A DNA stretch of 44,552 nt from Elusimicrobiales bacterium (GCA_049972095.1 JBMFKQ010000005.1:17431-61982); one strand, 5' to 3'. Counted from the first letter of the stretch, positions 27,856-37,973 are shown. Numbers and translations are program-made. Notes: generated by a model not told the origin, from the letters alone.

Positions 27856-29222
27856 ATCTCCTTTATCAATGATTCATATTTAAGGGATATATCTAAAATA
27901 GTTTTATATACATCCCCTGCACCAAGTGAGACAACAATAGTTTTGGGTTTAAGTTTCTTTACAATGCTTAGTGAGTCTATAAACTTATGAACAGATGGGT
28001 GTTTATGAGATATTCTTTCAATAATTTTTTCAGATGTTATACCGTAGGCATTTTCTTCACCACTAGGATATATATCCATAACATAGAGTTCATTAGCTTT
28101 ATCAAAACATAAACTAAACTCATCTATAAGATATGCTGATCTTGAGTATCTGTGTGGCTGAAAGATTGCTATTATTTTAAAATGGGGATGAAGGTTTTTT
28201 AGTGCTAAAAGTGTAGCCTTTATTTCTGATGGATGATGAGCGTAATCATCGTAGAAGTATATATCATCAATTTTCTTTATCAGATCAAGCCTTCTTTTCA
28301 TTCCTTTAAAGTTTTCAAGACCTTGCTTTATCTTCTTTTTATCAACTCCAAGATATCTTGATGCAATATACGCCGAGGCTGCATTTAATATGTTGTGTCT
28401 GCCAAAAACTGATAGAGAGATTTTTGCATCTTTTTTACCTTTGTAGAATATCTCAAAAATTGTTTTCCCTTTATCTACTCCATTAAATTTAACACTCCAT
28501 ATGTTTCCTTTATCAAAGCCGTATGTGTATGTAGGTGCAGTAAGAAACCTTTTTATTGATTTTATATTAGGATCATCCCCACATATTACTGCCATACCAT
28601 AGTATGGGGTTTTGTTTATGAATTCTATGAAAGCCTTTTTTATTGCCTGTGTAGTCTTATAGTAGTCAAGGTGATCTGAGTCTATATTTGTAATGCAGCT
28701 TACAAGAGGAGAATAGTGTAGAAATGTACCATCTGATTCATCAGCTTCAATTATAAAATAATCATCTCCCCGATAAAGAGCATTATCTTCTACATTTTTT
28801 AAGATTCCACCAATAACAGCTGTATGAGGTATTTTTGAAAACTCAAATATTGATGTAATCATTCCAGTTGTAGTAGTTTTGCCATGACATCCTGCAACTG
28901 CAATAACCCTTTTACCAAACGATATATCTGCAAGAAACTCAGCTCTTTTAAGTATCTTTATTCCAAGTTTTCTCGCCCTTATAATCTCAGGGTTGTTATC
29001 TTTTATTGCAGAACTCACTACAACATAATCAGTATCACAGCTTACATTTGCTGCACAATGAGAGCTATATATCTTTATGTTTTCCTTTTTGAGTTTTTGG
29101 GTTATATAGCTTTCTTCTATATCTGAGCCTTCAACATATAGCCCCATTCTTTTTGCAACCAGCGCAAGCCCGCTCATTCCTATACCACCTATCCCAACAA
29201 AGAATATCTTTTTCTTATCCAT
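27852..29222 (-). CDS. murC: UDP-N-acetylmuramate--L-alanine ligase
   Basis: GIGGIGMSGLA, AGCHGKTTTT, EADESDGTF, DDYAHHPSE, FQPHRYSR, GAGD. Confidence 0.96.
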   Translation of the reverse strand: MDKKKIFFVGIGGIGMSGLALVAKRMGLYVEGSDIEESYITQKLKKENIKIYSSHCAANVSCDTDYVVVSSAIKDNNPEIIRARKLGIKILKRAEFLADISFGKRVIAVAGCHGKTTTTGMITSIFEFSKIPHTAVIGGILKNVEDNALYRGDDYFIIEADESDGTFLHYSPLVSCITNIDSDHLDYYKTTQAIKKAFIEFINKTPYYGMAVICGDDPNIKSIKRFLTAPTYTYGFDKGNIWSVKFNGVDKGKTIFEIFYKGKKDAKISLSVFGRHNILNAASAYIASRYLGVDKKKIKQGLENFKGMKRRLDLIKKIDDIYFYDDYAHHPSEIKATLLALKNLHPHFKIIAIFQPHRYSRSAYLIDEFSLCFDKANELYVMDIYPSGEENAYGITSEKIIERISHKHPSVHKFIDSLSIVKKLKPKTIVVSLGAGDVYKTILDISLKYESLIKEI

Positions 29223-29757
29223 TTATCTCCATCCTTAATACAGCTTCTCCAATGAATCTATCAACTACCTTTTTAATGCTTTTTGACTCTTTTTTTGTAA
29301 GATTTATGACAATAGCATCATAAAGTTTATTCATTGTGGATTCAATCTCTTTGCTTTTTTTAGCAAAAACAATAGTCTTCTTATCGCTTGCAAAAAGATT
29401 AATAAGAGAAGAGCCCACATCAGGCTCAAGAAGATATATACTTCCAAACTCTATCAGAATTATCTTGTTAGATAGAGATATGTATGATTTTATTTTTTCT
29501 GATATATATTTTAGTGTCTCTTCATTAACCGCATATTTGTTGAATGAGAGCTTGCTAATAATCTGTGTTGACGCAAGTATTCTTTGATCATTTTCGTTAA
29601 GAAATATGACTGAGTATCCTTCAAGCTTATTTTTAACTCTAATCTCAGTTGCATAATACCCTTCAAAAAAATACTTATAAGGAAGTATTACACTATTTAT
29701 GATCTTGTCTTTTTCTTTATAAGATTCAAACAAAACTATAAGCTTATTTATCTCCAT
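29215..29757 (-). CDS. Degenerate THEP1/NTPase_1-like protein lacking Walker A
   Basis: GYYATEIRVKNKLEGY, KYAV and IILIEFG resemble NTPase_1 motifs (GFYT.E.R..G.R.GF, KY.V, IVIDEIG) as recalled; no GxxxxGKT. Confidence 0.6.
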   Translation of the reverse strand: MEINKLIVLFESYKEKDKIINSVILPYKYFFEGYYATEIRVKNKLEGYSVIFLNENDQRILASTQIISKLSFNKYAVNEETLKYISEKIKSYISLSNKIILIEFGSIYLLEPDVGSSLINLFASDKKTIVFAKKSKEIESTMNKLYDAIVINLTKKESKSIKKVVDRFIGEAVLRMEING

Positions 29758-29791
29758 TTAAGATACCAAAAAGGATTTTAAGTCTTTTCAC

Positions 29792-31033
29792 CTATGTGTT
29801 TTCTTTTATTGAATCTTTAAGAAGCTGTCCTAAAGTGATTTTAGGAACCTGCCTTGAGTAGCGTTCTATTGTTTTTCTATTTTCTATCTGCTCATATTTC
29901 TTTATTGAAAGCCTAAGCTCATATGTATCAGAATTTATACCTATAACAATACAGTCTACAATACTCTCTTTCTCAGGGCATCCATCATATCCATAATCCT
30001 CTTCCTGTATAATTCCATAGATATCCTCAGCAATATGTGCCTTAACATAGTTTTCACCAACATCAACAATTTTAGCCTTAACACTGCTTCTTATTGGAAA
30101 TCTTCTTTTCAGTATATCCAAGGGATTTGGTTTAGTTTGTTTTATACCAAATGTAATCTTTTGATTTTCTCTGTCAACAGAGAGTATCTTTACTTTAATC
30201 CTCTGACCTCTTTTGTATTTAGAAATCTCCTCCTTTGGATTTCTCCAATCAACATCCTCAATCCTTACAAAGCCTTCAATTCCTTGAAATCTTATAAAAA
30301 TCCCGTTGTCTATAACCTTTGATACAACTGCTTTGACATTCATCCCCTCAGATATCTGTGAAATTATCTTTTCTCTTCTTGCTTTTTCATCCTCTTCAAG
30401 CACAGCCCTTCTTGATACAATTATCTTTCTATTATTAGGTTCAAATGAGATTATATAGAACCTTATCTTTGCATTTACAGGGAGATAATGTCGACAAGCC
30501 CCTCCAAGCTCTGATAAGGAAAGTGGCATAAATGCCCTTATTCCATTTATGTTTACTATATAACCACCCTTTATCTGTTGTTGAACCCTTCCCTTAACCC
30601 TCTGCTTGTTTTTAAACTTCTCTTCAAGCATCTTAAGTGTTACCTTTTCCTTTGCCTTTCTGTAAGAAAGAATAAGTGGTTTTTCCGCATCCCCTCTTTT
30701 TTCAAGAACAGCTACTATCTTTGTTCCTGGATTTGGAAGTTTAAAACCATCAAAGTCTGAGACTGGTATAAGAGCCTCATTTTTCTCTCTTACATCCACA
30801 TAGACATAATCACTTCTCACATCAACGACCTTTACATAAACAGGCTCGGCGTTGTATAGCTTTTCAGAAAGATTTTCTTCAGCCTTTAAAAGCTCTTCCA
30901 TTGAAAGCTCAATATCATCGTCAGCCTCTGTGTCTTTTTCACTATTCTGATTCTCTTCTATGTGAGGTTTCATTTCTGCATCATCCTTTTTTAAATTTTT
31001 TTCTACATCTCCAACTATTCTGTGTTCTTCCAT
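29792..31033 (-). CDS. rpsA: 30S ribosomal protein S1-like, about four S1 domains
   Basis: S1 repeats (ILSYRKA, KGGY.V..NGIRAFMP.S, IVSRRAVLE, ITFGIKQ, LSIK), C-terminal TLGQLL; cmk-plsC-S1 context. Confidence 0.75.
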   Translation of the reverse strand: MEEHRIVGDVEKNLKKDDAEMKPHIEENQNSEKDTEADDDIELSMEELLKAEENLSEKLYNAEPVYVKVVDVRSDYVYVDVREKNEALIPVSDFDGFKLPNPGTKIVAVLEKRGDAEKPLILSYRKAKEKVTLKMLEEKFKNKQRVKGRVQQQIKGGYIVNINGIRAFMPLSLSELGGACRHYLPVNAKIRFYIISFEPNNRKIIVSRRAVLEEDEKARREKIISQISEGMNVKAVVSKVIDNGIFIRFQGIEGFVRIEDVDWRNPKEEISKYKRGQRIKVKILSVDRENQKITFGIKQTKPNPLDILKRRFPIRSSVKAKIVDVGENYVKAHIAEDIYGIIQEEDYGYDGCPEKESIVDCIVIGINSDTYELRLSIKKYEQIENRKTIERYSRQVPKITLGQLLKDSIKENT

Positions 31034-31043
31034 AATAACTCCT

Positions 31044-31622
31044 TTATTTAAGTGAATAGATAACCTTCATAAGATATTTTGGAAAATCATGCTTGTTTTT
31101 TTCATCATCAAGATCATAATCTGTGGCAGATATGATGCTACCAAATACAATTATTATTTTACCTAATCTACTGCCATTTTTCATATATGATATCTTAGCA
31201 GGTAAAACATCTGAATTCGTCTTTTTTAATAGATACAATACACCAGACCTTGGCAGTTGGTTTTCCTCCCTTTTTCTTGTGCCCTCGGGAAAGATCATAA
31301 GGCATCCATCCCTATTTAGAATGGATATTGCCTTTTTAATTGATGATATATTTATGTTGCTCCTGTCTGTTTTTATCGCTCCAAGCTTCTCAAGAATACA
31401 TGCAAAAACCGGATTTTCAAAAAGCTCCTTTTTTGCCAAAACACCAAAATCACTTCTTACTTTTGCTATATGTGATAAAATAACCGGAGGGTCATTATTT
31501 GAGAGGTGATTTGCAGCAATTATGACCCTACCTTTTTTAGGTATATTCTCAAGCCCTTTTACTTCAACATTGTAGAGAATTGAATAAGCTGTTCTCACAA
31601 CAGTCCAAATAAGTTTTTTCAT
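31044..31622 (-). CDS. plsC: 1-acyl-sn-glycerol-3-phosphate acyltransferase
   Basis: NHLSNND (HX4D), AKKELF, FPEGTR. Confidence 0.92.
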   Translation of the reverse strand: MKKLIWTVVRTAYSILYNVEVKGLENIPKKGRVIIAANHLSNNDPPVILSHIAKVRSDFGVLAKKELFENPVFACILEKLGAIKTDRSNINISSIKKAISILNRDGCLMIFPEGTRKREENQLPRSGVLYLLKKTNSDVLPAKISYMKNGSRLGKIIIVFGSIISATDYDLDDEKNKHDFPKYLMKVIYSLK

Positions 31623-32311
31623 CAGATCTTACTATCTATCTTTTGCTTATAAAGATTTACTATCAAATTGACAACCTCTTGTTGGCTCATTGATGTTGTG
31701 TCAATATATATACTGTCAGATGATTTTAAAAGCGGATTCTCTTTTCTTGTTGAATCCTGATGATCCCTCTTAAGTATCATTGATAGAATCTCATTGTAAT
31801 CTGCTTTTATGCCTTTGCTTTCAAGCTGTCTCACCCTTCTCTCAGCCCTTGCCTGGGGAGAGGCATCAAGATATATCTTTAACTCTGCGTCAGGAAAAAC
31901 ATTGGTTGTTATATCCCTTCCCTCCATTACAATCCCACCATCTCTGCCAATCCTTCTTTGTTCTTCAACAAAGAATTCCCTGAGATCTTTAAGTTTTGCA
32001 ACAGCACTTGTTGCATCAGCTATCTCTTCAAGATAAAGCTCTCTGTCAAGCCTTATTCCAGCTATCTCTACATCAAGCTCAACACTATTGTTTTCAACAA
32101 AGCTTATCGGGTTTTTCTTTGCCAGTTCAACAACCTCTTTTTCATTACTGACATCAACACATTCTTGCTTACAAAGCCAGGCAATTGCTCTATACATCTT
32201 ACCTGTGCTTATGAATCTATATGCTATTTTCTCAGCAACGGCCTTCCCAACCGAGGTTTTGCCTGCTCCTGCAGGGCCATCTATAGCTATAATTATGCCG
32301 TTTTTTCTCAT
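31622..32311 (-). CDS. cmk: Cytidylate kinase
   Basis: IAIDGPAGAGKTS, MYRA, EGRDI, A..KIYLDAS...RA.RR, RD..D..R; ATG 32311 forms an ATGA overlap with the upstream stop. Confidence 0.95.
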   Translation of the reverse strand: MRKNGIIIAIDGPAGAGKTSVGKAVAEKIAYRFISTGKMYRAIAWLCKQECVDVSNEKEVVELAKKNPISFVENNSVELDVEIAGIRLDRELYLEEIADATSAVAKLKDLREFFVEEQRRIGRDGGIVMEGRDITTNVFPDAELKIYLDASPQARAERRVRQLESKGIKADYNEILSMILKRDHQDSTRKENPLLKSSDSIYIDTTSMSQQEVVNLIVNLYKQKIDSKI

Positions 32312-33018
32312 AAAAGTGCTAATTGTTCTTTTATTTTTTTCTCTTGTGGTGGTTTTCTTAAAGGTCTTACCCATTTTGTAAAGCTTGATGGTTTGAGTGA
32401 GTATTCATGAACAAGCCTTACTACCTCACTAACTGGCTTGAAGTTTTCCCAGTCAATTCTTAAAATTCTCACCCCTGCATCCTCCATCTCTTCTATAAAC
32501 TGGTAGTAATTCTCCTGAAGACTTTTGAGATAATCCTTGGTTATTGTTTTTTCCATCTCCCTTCCCCTCATCTTTATCCTCTCCATTGCTGTATCAACAC
32601 TACAATCAAGAAATATGAGAAGCTGTGGGAAAACAAGTTCCCTTAGCACCATATTATCAAAAAGGTCAAGATATGTGTTGTAATCAAGATCACTTATTAT
32701 CTTATCCGGATGCTGATTGAGCATCCTTGCAAATATGGTGTCCTCCCATATGGTTCTATCTTGAACAACCCCTCTTATCTTGCCAAGACTTATTCTTGCT
32801 ACGAATTCTCTGTGTTGTCTAAATCTATGATTTAAAAGCCATATCTGCATTATAGTGCCATAGGTTTTCATATCCCTATAGAATTTTTCTAAGTACGGAT
32901 TGCCGCTTACCTCTTCAAGAACCGGTTCAAAATTTAAAGCTCTTGCAAGCTCAACTGTAAGCGTTGATTTGCCAACACCTATTATTCCCGATATTCCTAT
33001 ATATCCCTCTGCAAACAT
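32308..33018 (-). CDS. Deoxynucleoside kinase
   Basis: P-loop GIIGVGKST, NPYL..FY, QDRT, lid RI..RGREME. Confidence 0.9.
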   Translation of the reverse strand: MFAEGYIGISGIIGVGKSTLTVELARALNFEPVLEEVSGNPYLEKFYRDMKTYGTIMQIWLLNHRFRQHREFVARISLGKIRGVVQDRTIWEDTIFARMLNQHPDKIISDLDYNTYLDLFDNMVLRELVFPQLLIFLDCSVDTAMERIKMRGREMEKTITKDYLKSLQENYYQFIEEMEDAGVRILRIDWENFKPVSEVVRLVHEYSLKPSSFTKWVRPLRKPPQEKKIKEQLALL

Positions 33019-33034
33019 AATCCCTCCATCTATT

Positions 33035-34129
33035 TTAAGGTTCTATCTGAGGTTTTCCGCTCTCCTGCTCTATCCCTTTTATTGCAAGAAGAACATCATC
33101 TGGGTTTGATGCAGCTGATATAACATCCTCAAGGGTAGCAAGATTTGTTTTGTATATATTTACAAGAGACTGGTTAAATGTCTGCATGCCGTAGTATCCT
33201 CCCTTCGCTATTGCCTGAGCTATACCATCAAGATTGTTATCTGCTATAAGTTTTTTGATGTGAGGTGTGTTTATCATAATCTCAAGAGCAACAATCCTAC
33301 CACCCTTTGTGGAAGGAATCAGCCTCTGTGATATTATGCCTCTTATTGTTTCAGAGAGCTGCAATCTTATCTGTGTTTGTTGATGAGGAGGGTAGAGATC
33401 TATTATTCTTGATATAGTCTGAACAGAGTTTATTGTATGCATTGTTGATAGCACAAGATGACCAGTTTCTGCTGCTGTGATTGCAGCCTTTGTTGTTTCA
33501 AGATCCCTCATCTCACCAACCATTATCACATCAGGATCCTGTCTAAGAGCAACCCTCAGAGCATCAACAAAGCTGTTCGTATCACTTCCAACCTCTCTTT
33601 GACTTATCAGTGACTTTTTATCTTTGAAAACAAACTCTATCGGATCCTCTATTGTTATTATGTGAAGTTCTTGTGTTTGATTTAGATGTTCTATCATAGC
33701 CGCAAGGGTTGATGACTTTCCTGAACCTGTTACTCCTGTGACAAGTATAAGTCCTCTTTCATTTGCAAGGATCTTTTTTATTGGCTGAACCGGAAGTTTA
33801 AGCTCTTCAAGGCTTGGTATCTTAAATGGAATGTGTCTTATTGCTACTGCTGGCCTTGATTTTTGAAGAAAGTAATTTATCCTAAATCTTCCAAGACCTT
33901 CTATCTCATATGAAAAGTCAACCTCATGATTTTCAGAAAATATCTTTCTTACCCTTTCATTCATCACAGGATTTATAATATCCTCTACCTCCTTTGATGA
34001 AAGGGTTGAGTCTTTTACAGCAACAAGCTTACCATGAATCCTAAGATAGACTGGAGAATCTGCTCTTATATGAAGATCACTCGCAGAGTTTTGAACCATT
34101 ATTTTAAGTAATATATTAATATTAACCAT
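33035..34129 (-). CDS. pilT: PilT/PilU-family type IV pilus retraction ATPase
   Basis: ASDLHI, GVTGSGKSST, ITIEDPIE, ALRQDPDVIMVGEMRD, AETGHLV.ST.HT, GMQTFNQSL. Confidence 0.92.
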   Translation of the reverse strand: MVNINILLKIMVQNSASDLHIRADSPVYLRIHGKLVAVKDSTLSSKEVEDIINPVMNERVRKIFSENHEVDFSYEIEGLGRFRINYFLQKSRPAVAIRHIPFKIPSLEELKLPVQPIKKILANERGLILVTGVTGSGKSSTLAAMIEHLNQTQELHIITIEDPIEFVFKDKKSLISQREVGSDTNSFVDALRVALRQDPDVIMVGEMRDLETTKAAITAAETGHLVLSTMHTINSVQTISRIIDLYPPHQQTQIRLQLSETIRGIISQRLIPSTKGGRIVALEIMINTPHIKKLIADNNLDGIAQAIAKGGYYGMQTFNQSLVNIYKTNLATLEDVISAASNPDDVLLAIKGIEQESGKPQIEP

Positions 34130-34132
34130 AGT

Positions 34133-35245
34133 TCAATCCAGAATGCTTGAACCCCTTCTTAGAAAAGCAGGCTTTGTTGAAAGAAGTGCTTTTGTTCCAT
34201 GATCTTGTTTGTTATACTGAAAAGTATCTTGCGATTTTGAAAGCAGTGGTTCGGTTTTTTTTATTTCAGCTCTATCAAAAATCACATCGCTTTCATATCC
34301 GAAACCTGCTGCTACTATCGTTATTATAACCTCATCATCAGCTATTGTGCTGTCAATGTAATGTCCAAATTTCATCCTTGCTTGAGGATTTGATATCTTT
34401 TTAGTAAGATAGTCCATTGCCTCGTTCATCTCTTGAAGAATAAAATTAGGAGGAACCCTAAAAAATACTATAAACCCCTTTGCATATCTTATATCAGCAT
34501 TCTCTATAAGTGGAAAATTTAGAGCGTTTCTAACAGCATCCATATGTCTTGTGGTGCCTTTGCCCTTGCCTATCCCAACAAGTGCAGTGCCTGAGTTTTT
34601 TATTATGTTTTCTATATCAGCAAAATCTACATTGACCATTGCAGGCATAGTTATAAGATCGCTTATACCTGTTATTATCTCTATGAGGACATTATCTGCC
34701 TCTTGATATGCAGAAAGAGCAGTTGTGTTTGGGGGAAGTAAGAGAAGCCTATCGTTTGGTATCACTATTATCGCATCAACATTTTTCTTTATCTCATTTA
34801 TTGCATCCTCTGCAAGCTTCATCTTATATGCACCCTCTTTTGAAAAAGGCTTTGTCACAACTGCCATTGTTAAGTTAATTCCAAGCTTTCTTGATTCTTC
34901 AACTATAATAGGAACTGCACCTGTTGCAGTTCCACCACCCATACCACCAGTCACTATCACAAGGTTTGCCCCTCTAAGCATATTCTTTATATCCTCTATT
35001 GACTCCAATGCCGCTTTTTTTCCTATATCAGGATTACCACCTGCACCAAGCCCCCTGGTGAGCTTTGCTCCAAGTTGAAGCTTATAGGTTGCTTTATTCA
35101 TTGCAAGCGCCTGATTGTCTGTATTTGCCGCAATAAGATCAACACTGACAAAAGGGTGCGAGTGTATCCTATTTATTGTGTTGCCACCTGCACCACCAAC
35201 ACCTATTATCTTTATCACAGCATCTTTAACATAGCCATCGGTCAT
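34133..35245 (-). CDS. ftsZ: Cell division protein FtsZ (variant signature GGGTATG)
   Basis: GVGGAGGN, NTD, GLGAGGNP, IPNDRL, T7 loop VNVDFAD, C-terminal PAFLRR. Confidence 0.95.
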   Translation of the reverse strand: MTDGYVKDAVIKIIGVGGAGGNTINRIHSHPFVSVDLIAANTDNQALAMNKATYKLQLGAKLTRGLGAGGNPDIGKKAALESIEDIKNMLRGANLVIVTGGMGGGTATGAVPIIVEESRKLGINLTMAVVTKPFSKEGAYKMKLAEDAINEIKKNVDAIIVIPNDRLLLLPPNTTALSAYQEADNVLIEIITGISDLITMPAMVNVDFADIENIIKNSGTALVGIGKGKGTTRHMDAVRNALNFPLIENADIRYAKGFIVFFRVPPNFILQEMNEAMDYLTKKISNPQARMKFGHYIDSTIADDEVIITIVAAGFGYESDVIFDRAEIKKTEPLLSKSQDTFQYNKQDHGTKALLSTKPAFLRRGSSILD

Positions 35246-35250
35246 ATTTT

Positions 35251-36483
35251 TTATGAGAAAAGATTCTTAAACCATTTTACTATTTGTGAAAATGTAGTTG
35301 AATCTTCATCAATCATGAAGTTTTCAAGCTGAGGTTTTATGAAGATCGGATAGCATAGAAGTGCTATGGCTGTTGTGTATTTTTGGCTCATATATTTTTT
35401 ATCACTTATCTTTACAAAGCTGTCTGAGATACTGCCATATCTGACCTCTTTACCTTTAAAAACTCTTTCAAAAGCCTTGTCCATACCCTTTAGCATCGAA
35501 CCACCACCTGTCAGTATTATGGAGTTTATCCTTTCATCGTATCCTGAGTTTGAGATCTCCTCCTTTATTGCAATAATTATCTCTTCCAATCTGGGTTTAA
35601 TATACTCACAAAGGTTTGATTCTGTTATCCTCTTCTTCATTGATCTGTCTATAAGTGTTATATCAAACTCTCTATCCTCTTTTATAAGACTAGATAATGC
35701 ATATCCGTACACTTCTTTGATGTGTTGAGCTGTATCAAAGGATGTGTGATAGGCATATGCAATATCATTTGTTATCAGAAAGCTACCTATTGGAAGCTCC
35801 TTTGAAAATCTTATCTTACCATCTTGATAGATAACAATGGATGTTGTAAGATCCCCAATATCAACAAGAACTGAACCTAAATTCTTCTCCTCCTCAGTTA
35901 TTACAGTTTCTGCAAGAGGATAGGCATGATAAATTGTATCCTTGGTGTTTAGTCCGGCATTTGCCACAGCTTTTGCTATGTTGTTTAAATGGGATATATT
36001 TGCTGTTATGAGATGAACCTCTGTTTCTATTATATTACCCTCCATACCAACAGGATTAGAAAAACCACTCTCCTTATCAACAGAAAAATCTTGAGGTATT
36101 GTGTGAAGTATTATTCTTTCATTCTGAAGATGTATTGCTCTGGCATTTTCTATTACGCTTATCACATCCGATTCGGTAATCTCTTTATCATTTCTGGTTA
36201 TTGTGTATATACCTCTGTTATTTAAACTGAGTATGTGTGTGCCTCTTACTCCTATATATGCTGAGTCAAGTTTCAGATCATCATTTTTGCTTTCTATCTC
36301 ATCGAGAATTCTCTTTATTGTATTTGATGCGGAGTATATGCTTGTCACCACTCCATTTTTTATTCCCTTTTTGCATTCATGGTTTGTTGCAGTTATAAGC
36401 TCAAGCAAGCCACTGCCTTCAATTTTCGCAACAGCTGCTGTTATTGAATTGCTACCAAAATCTAAAGAAAGAATTGTCTCCAT
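35251..36483 (-). CDS. ftsA: Cell division protein FtsA
   Basis: LDFGS, GIKNGVV, NPVGMEG, ITNDIA, LTGGGS, C-terminal amphipathic FSQIVKWFKNLF; directly upstream of ftsZ. Confidence 0.93.
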   Translation of the reverse strand: METILSLDFGSNSITAAVAKIEGSGLLELITATNHECKKGIKNGVVTSIYSASNTIKRILDEIESKNDDLKLDSAYIGVRGTHILSLNNRGIYTITRNDKEITESDVISVIENARAIHLQNERIILHTIPQDFSVDKESGFSNPVGMEGNIIETEVHLITANISHLNNIAKAVANAGLNTKDTIYHAYPLAETVITEEEKNLGSVLVDIGDLTTSIVIYQDGKIRFSKELPIGSFLITNDIAYAYHTSFDTAQHIKEVYGYALSSLIKEDREFDITLIDRSMKKRITESNLCEYIKPRLEEIIIAIKEEISNSGYDERINSIILTGGGSMLKGMDKAFERVFKGKEVRYGSISDSFVKISDKKYMSQKYTTAIALLCYPIFIKPQLENFMIDEDSTTFSQIVKWFKNLFS

Positions 36484-36585
36484 ATATCCAACACCAGCTT
36501 CAAAATCCTTGCTAGTTTAGAATAGTATATAAAATTTTACAAAAAAATAACTCTATAACATAAGATCTGCAAGATCCTTTGTAGT

Positions 36586-37971
36586 TCAACGAGTTTGGGC
36601 TTTCTCCAAATTTTTCAGATATGCAACATTTAAAACTGCTACAGAAAACCAATATGGCTCCATTATTCTAACTATTATAAAGCTATTAACCCCCCAACCC
36701 TGAACAAGAAGGGCGATTGTAGCACAAAATATACCAATCCCAATAGCCCTTTCAAAAGGATCAGAGGAAATAATATAAACCTTCCTGGCTACAAAAAGAA
36801 CAGAAAAGATCAACCAGAAAAATGATAAAAAACCAAGAATACCACCCTCACCAAGAAGAAGAACATACTGACTATCACCAAGTCCAATACCAGTCACCCC
36901 CTTTCCAAGTAGAGGATAGCTTGGCAAAACATTAGTTATAACATTCTTCAAATTTCTATATCTTGCATAGGCAGAGTCTTCAAGATAAATATCACCGAAG
37001 GGAGTTTCAACCCTGTTTGTTGCATAATCACCCTCATATGTATATCTTATTCTGTCTTTTACCTTCTCACTGATCCCGGGCATAGTCATAGAAAAAACAA
37101 CAAGAAAAATAGAAAGCCACATAAACAAAATCCTTTTCTTATCTACAAAAATCAAAAAAACAACCCAACCTGCAACTGCGGCAAGATAGCTTGCCCTTGA
37201 AAATGATAATAGCAGAGAAAGATACATCCCTGCAAGTATAATTAATGTAAAGAGAATCTTTTTAATGCTGTTTATCTCTGCTATAAATCCAAGAAGTATA
37301 AATGACCATATTATATAATACCCCCCAAGAGATGCTGGCTCAGACTCAGATGGTTTACCAACACTAGCCTCAAATGGAGCGGTTGTTCTGATATCAATGC
37401 CTGAGGCATTGTGATAGTAATAAAAAGAATATATAACCACAGTAATGAGAACCACTACACCATATCTTGCAATCCTTTTTATATACTTCTCTTCATAAAG
37501 CACATTTACTGTCATAAAGTAAAGCATAAAATACTCGCTATATTTTAAAACATAAAAAAAAGCCTTTTTCCACTGCACATCACCTCTTATAACCCCAAGA
37601 AATGTTGAAAGGATGTAGATTGAGGTATATACCAAAATAGGAAGGTTTAGAGGAGTTTTAAGAATAAAACTTCTCTCTTTGAAAATAGAGCTTCTCACAA
37701 GCCAGCTTATAAATATTAAAACAAGAAAGATATCGTCATATCTAACCACAACACTTCTACCAGGTATTTCTGCAAGTTCTATTTCAGGAGATAAAAGCAT
37801 GGAAAAAATAAGAAATGACAATGATTTTGAAGGGCTTGTAAAAGAAATAACAATAAGAAAAAAGGAGATAATTGCTATTAAAATCTTATCAAATGATATT
37901 CGTAGGCTTATAAGATATCTAACAAAAAAAATAGAAAGAAATGAAAAGATCAGTGTGATAAATAAATACAT
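36586..37971 (-). CDS. O-antigen ligase / Wzy polymerase family membrane protein
   Basis: About 12 TM segments, SFSRASY, S...R, PLLGKG.G, E.GILG; follows Wzc. Confidence 0.8.
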   Translation of the reverse strand: MYLFITLIFSFLSIFFVRYLISLRISFDKILIAIISFFLIVISFTSPSKSLSFLIFSMLLSPEIELAEIPGRSVVVRYDDIFLVLIFISWLVRSSIFKERSFILKTPLNLPILVYTSIYILSTFLGVIRGDVQWKKAFFYVLKYSEYFMLYFMTVNVLYEEKYIKRIARYGVVVLITVVIYSFYYYHNASGIDIRTTAPFEASVGKPSESEPASLGGYYIIWSFILLGFIAEINSIKKILFTLIILAGMYLSLLLSFSRASYLAAVAGWVVFLIFVDKKRILFMWLSIFLVVFSMTMPGISEKVKDRIRYTYEGDYATNRVETPFGDIYLEDSAYARYRNLKNVITNVLPSYPLLGKGVTGIGLGDSQYVLLLGEGGILGFLSFFWLIFSVLFVARKVYIISSDPFERAIGIGIFCATIALLVQGWGVNSFIIVRIMEPYWFSVAVLNVAYLKNLEKAQTR

Positions 37972-37973
37972 TT

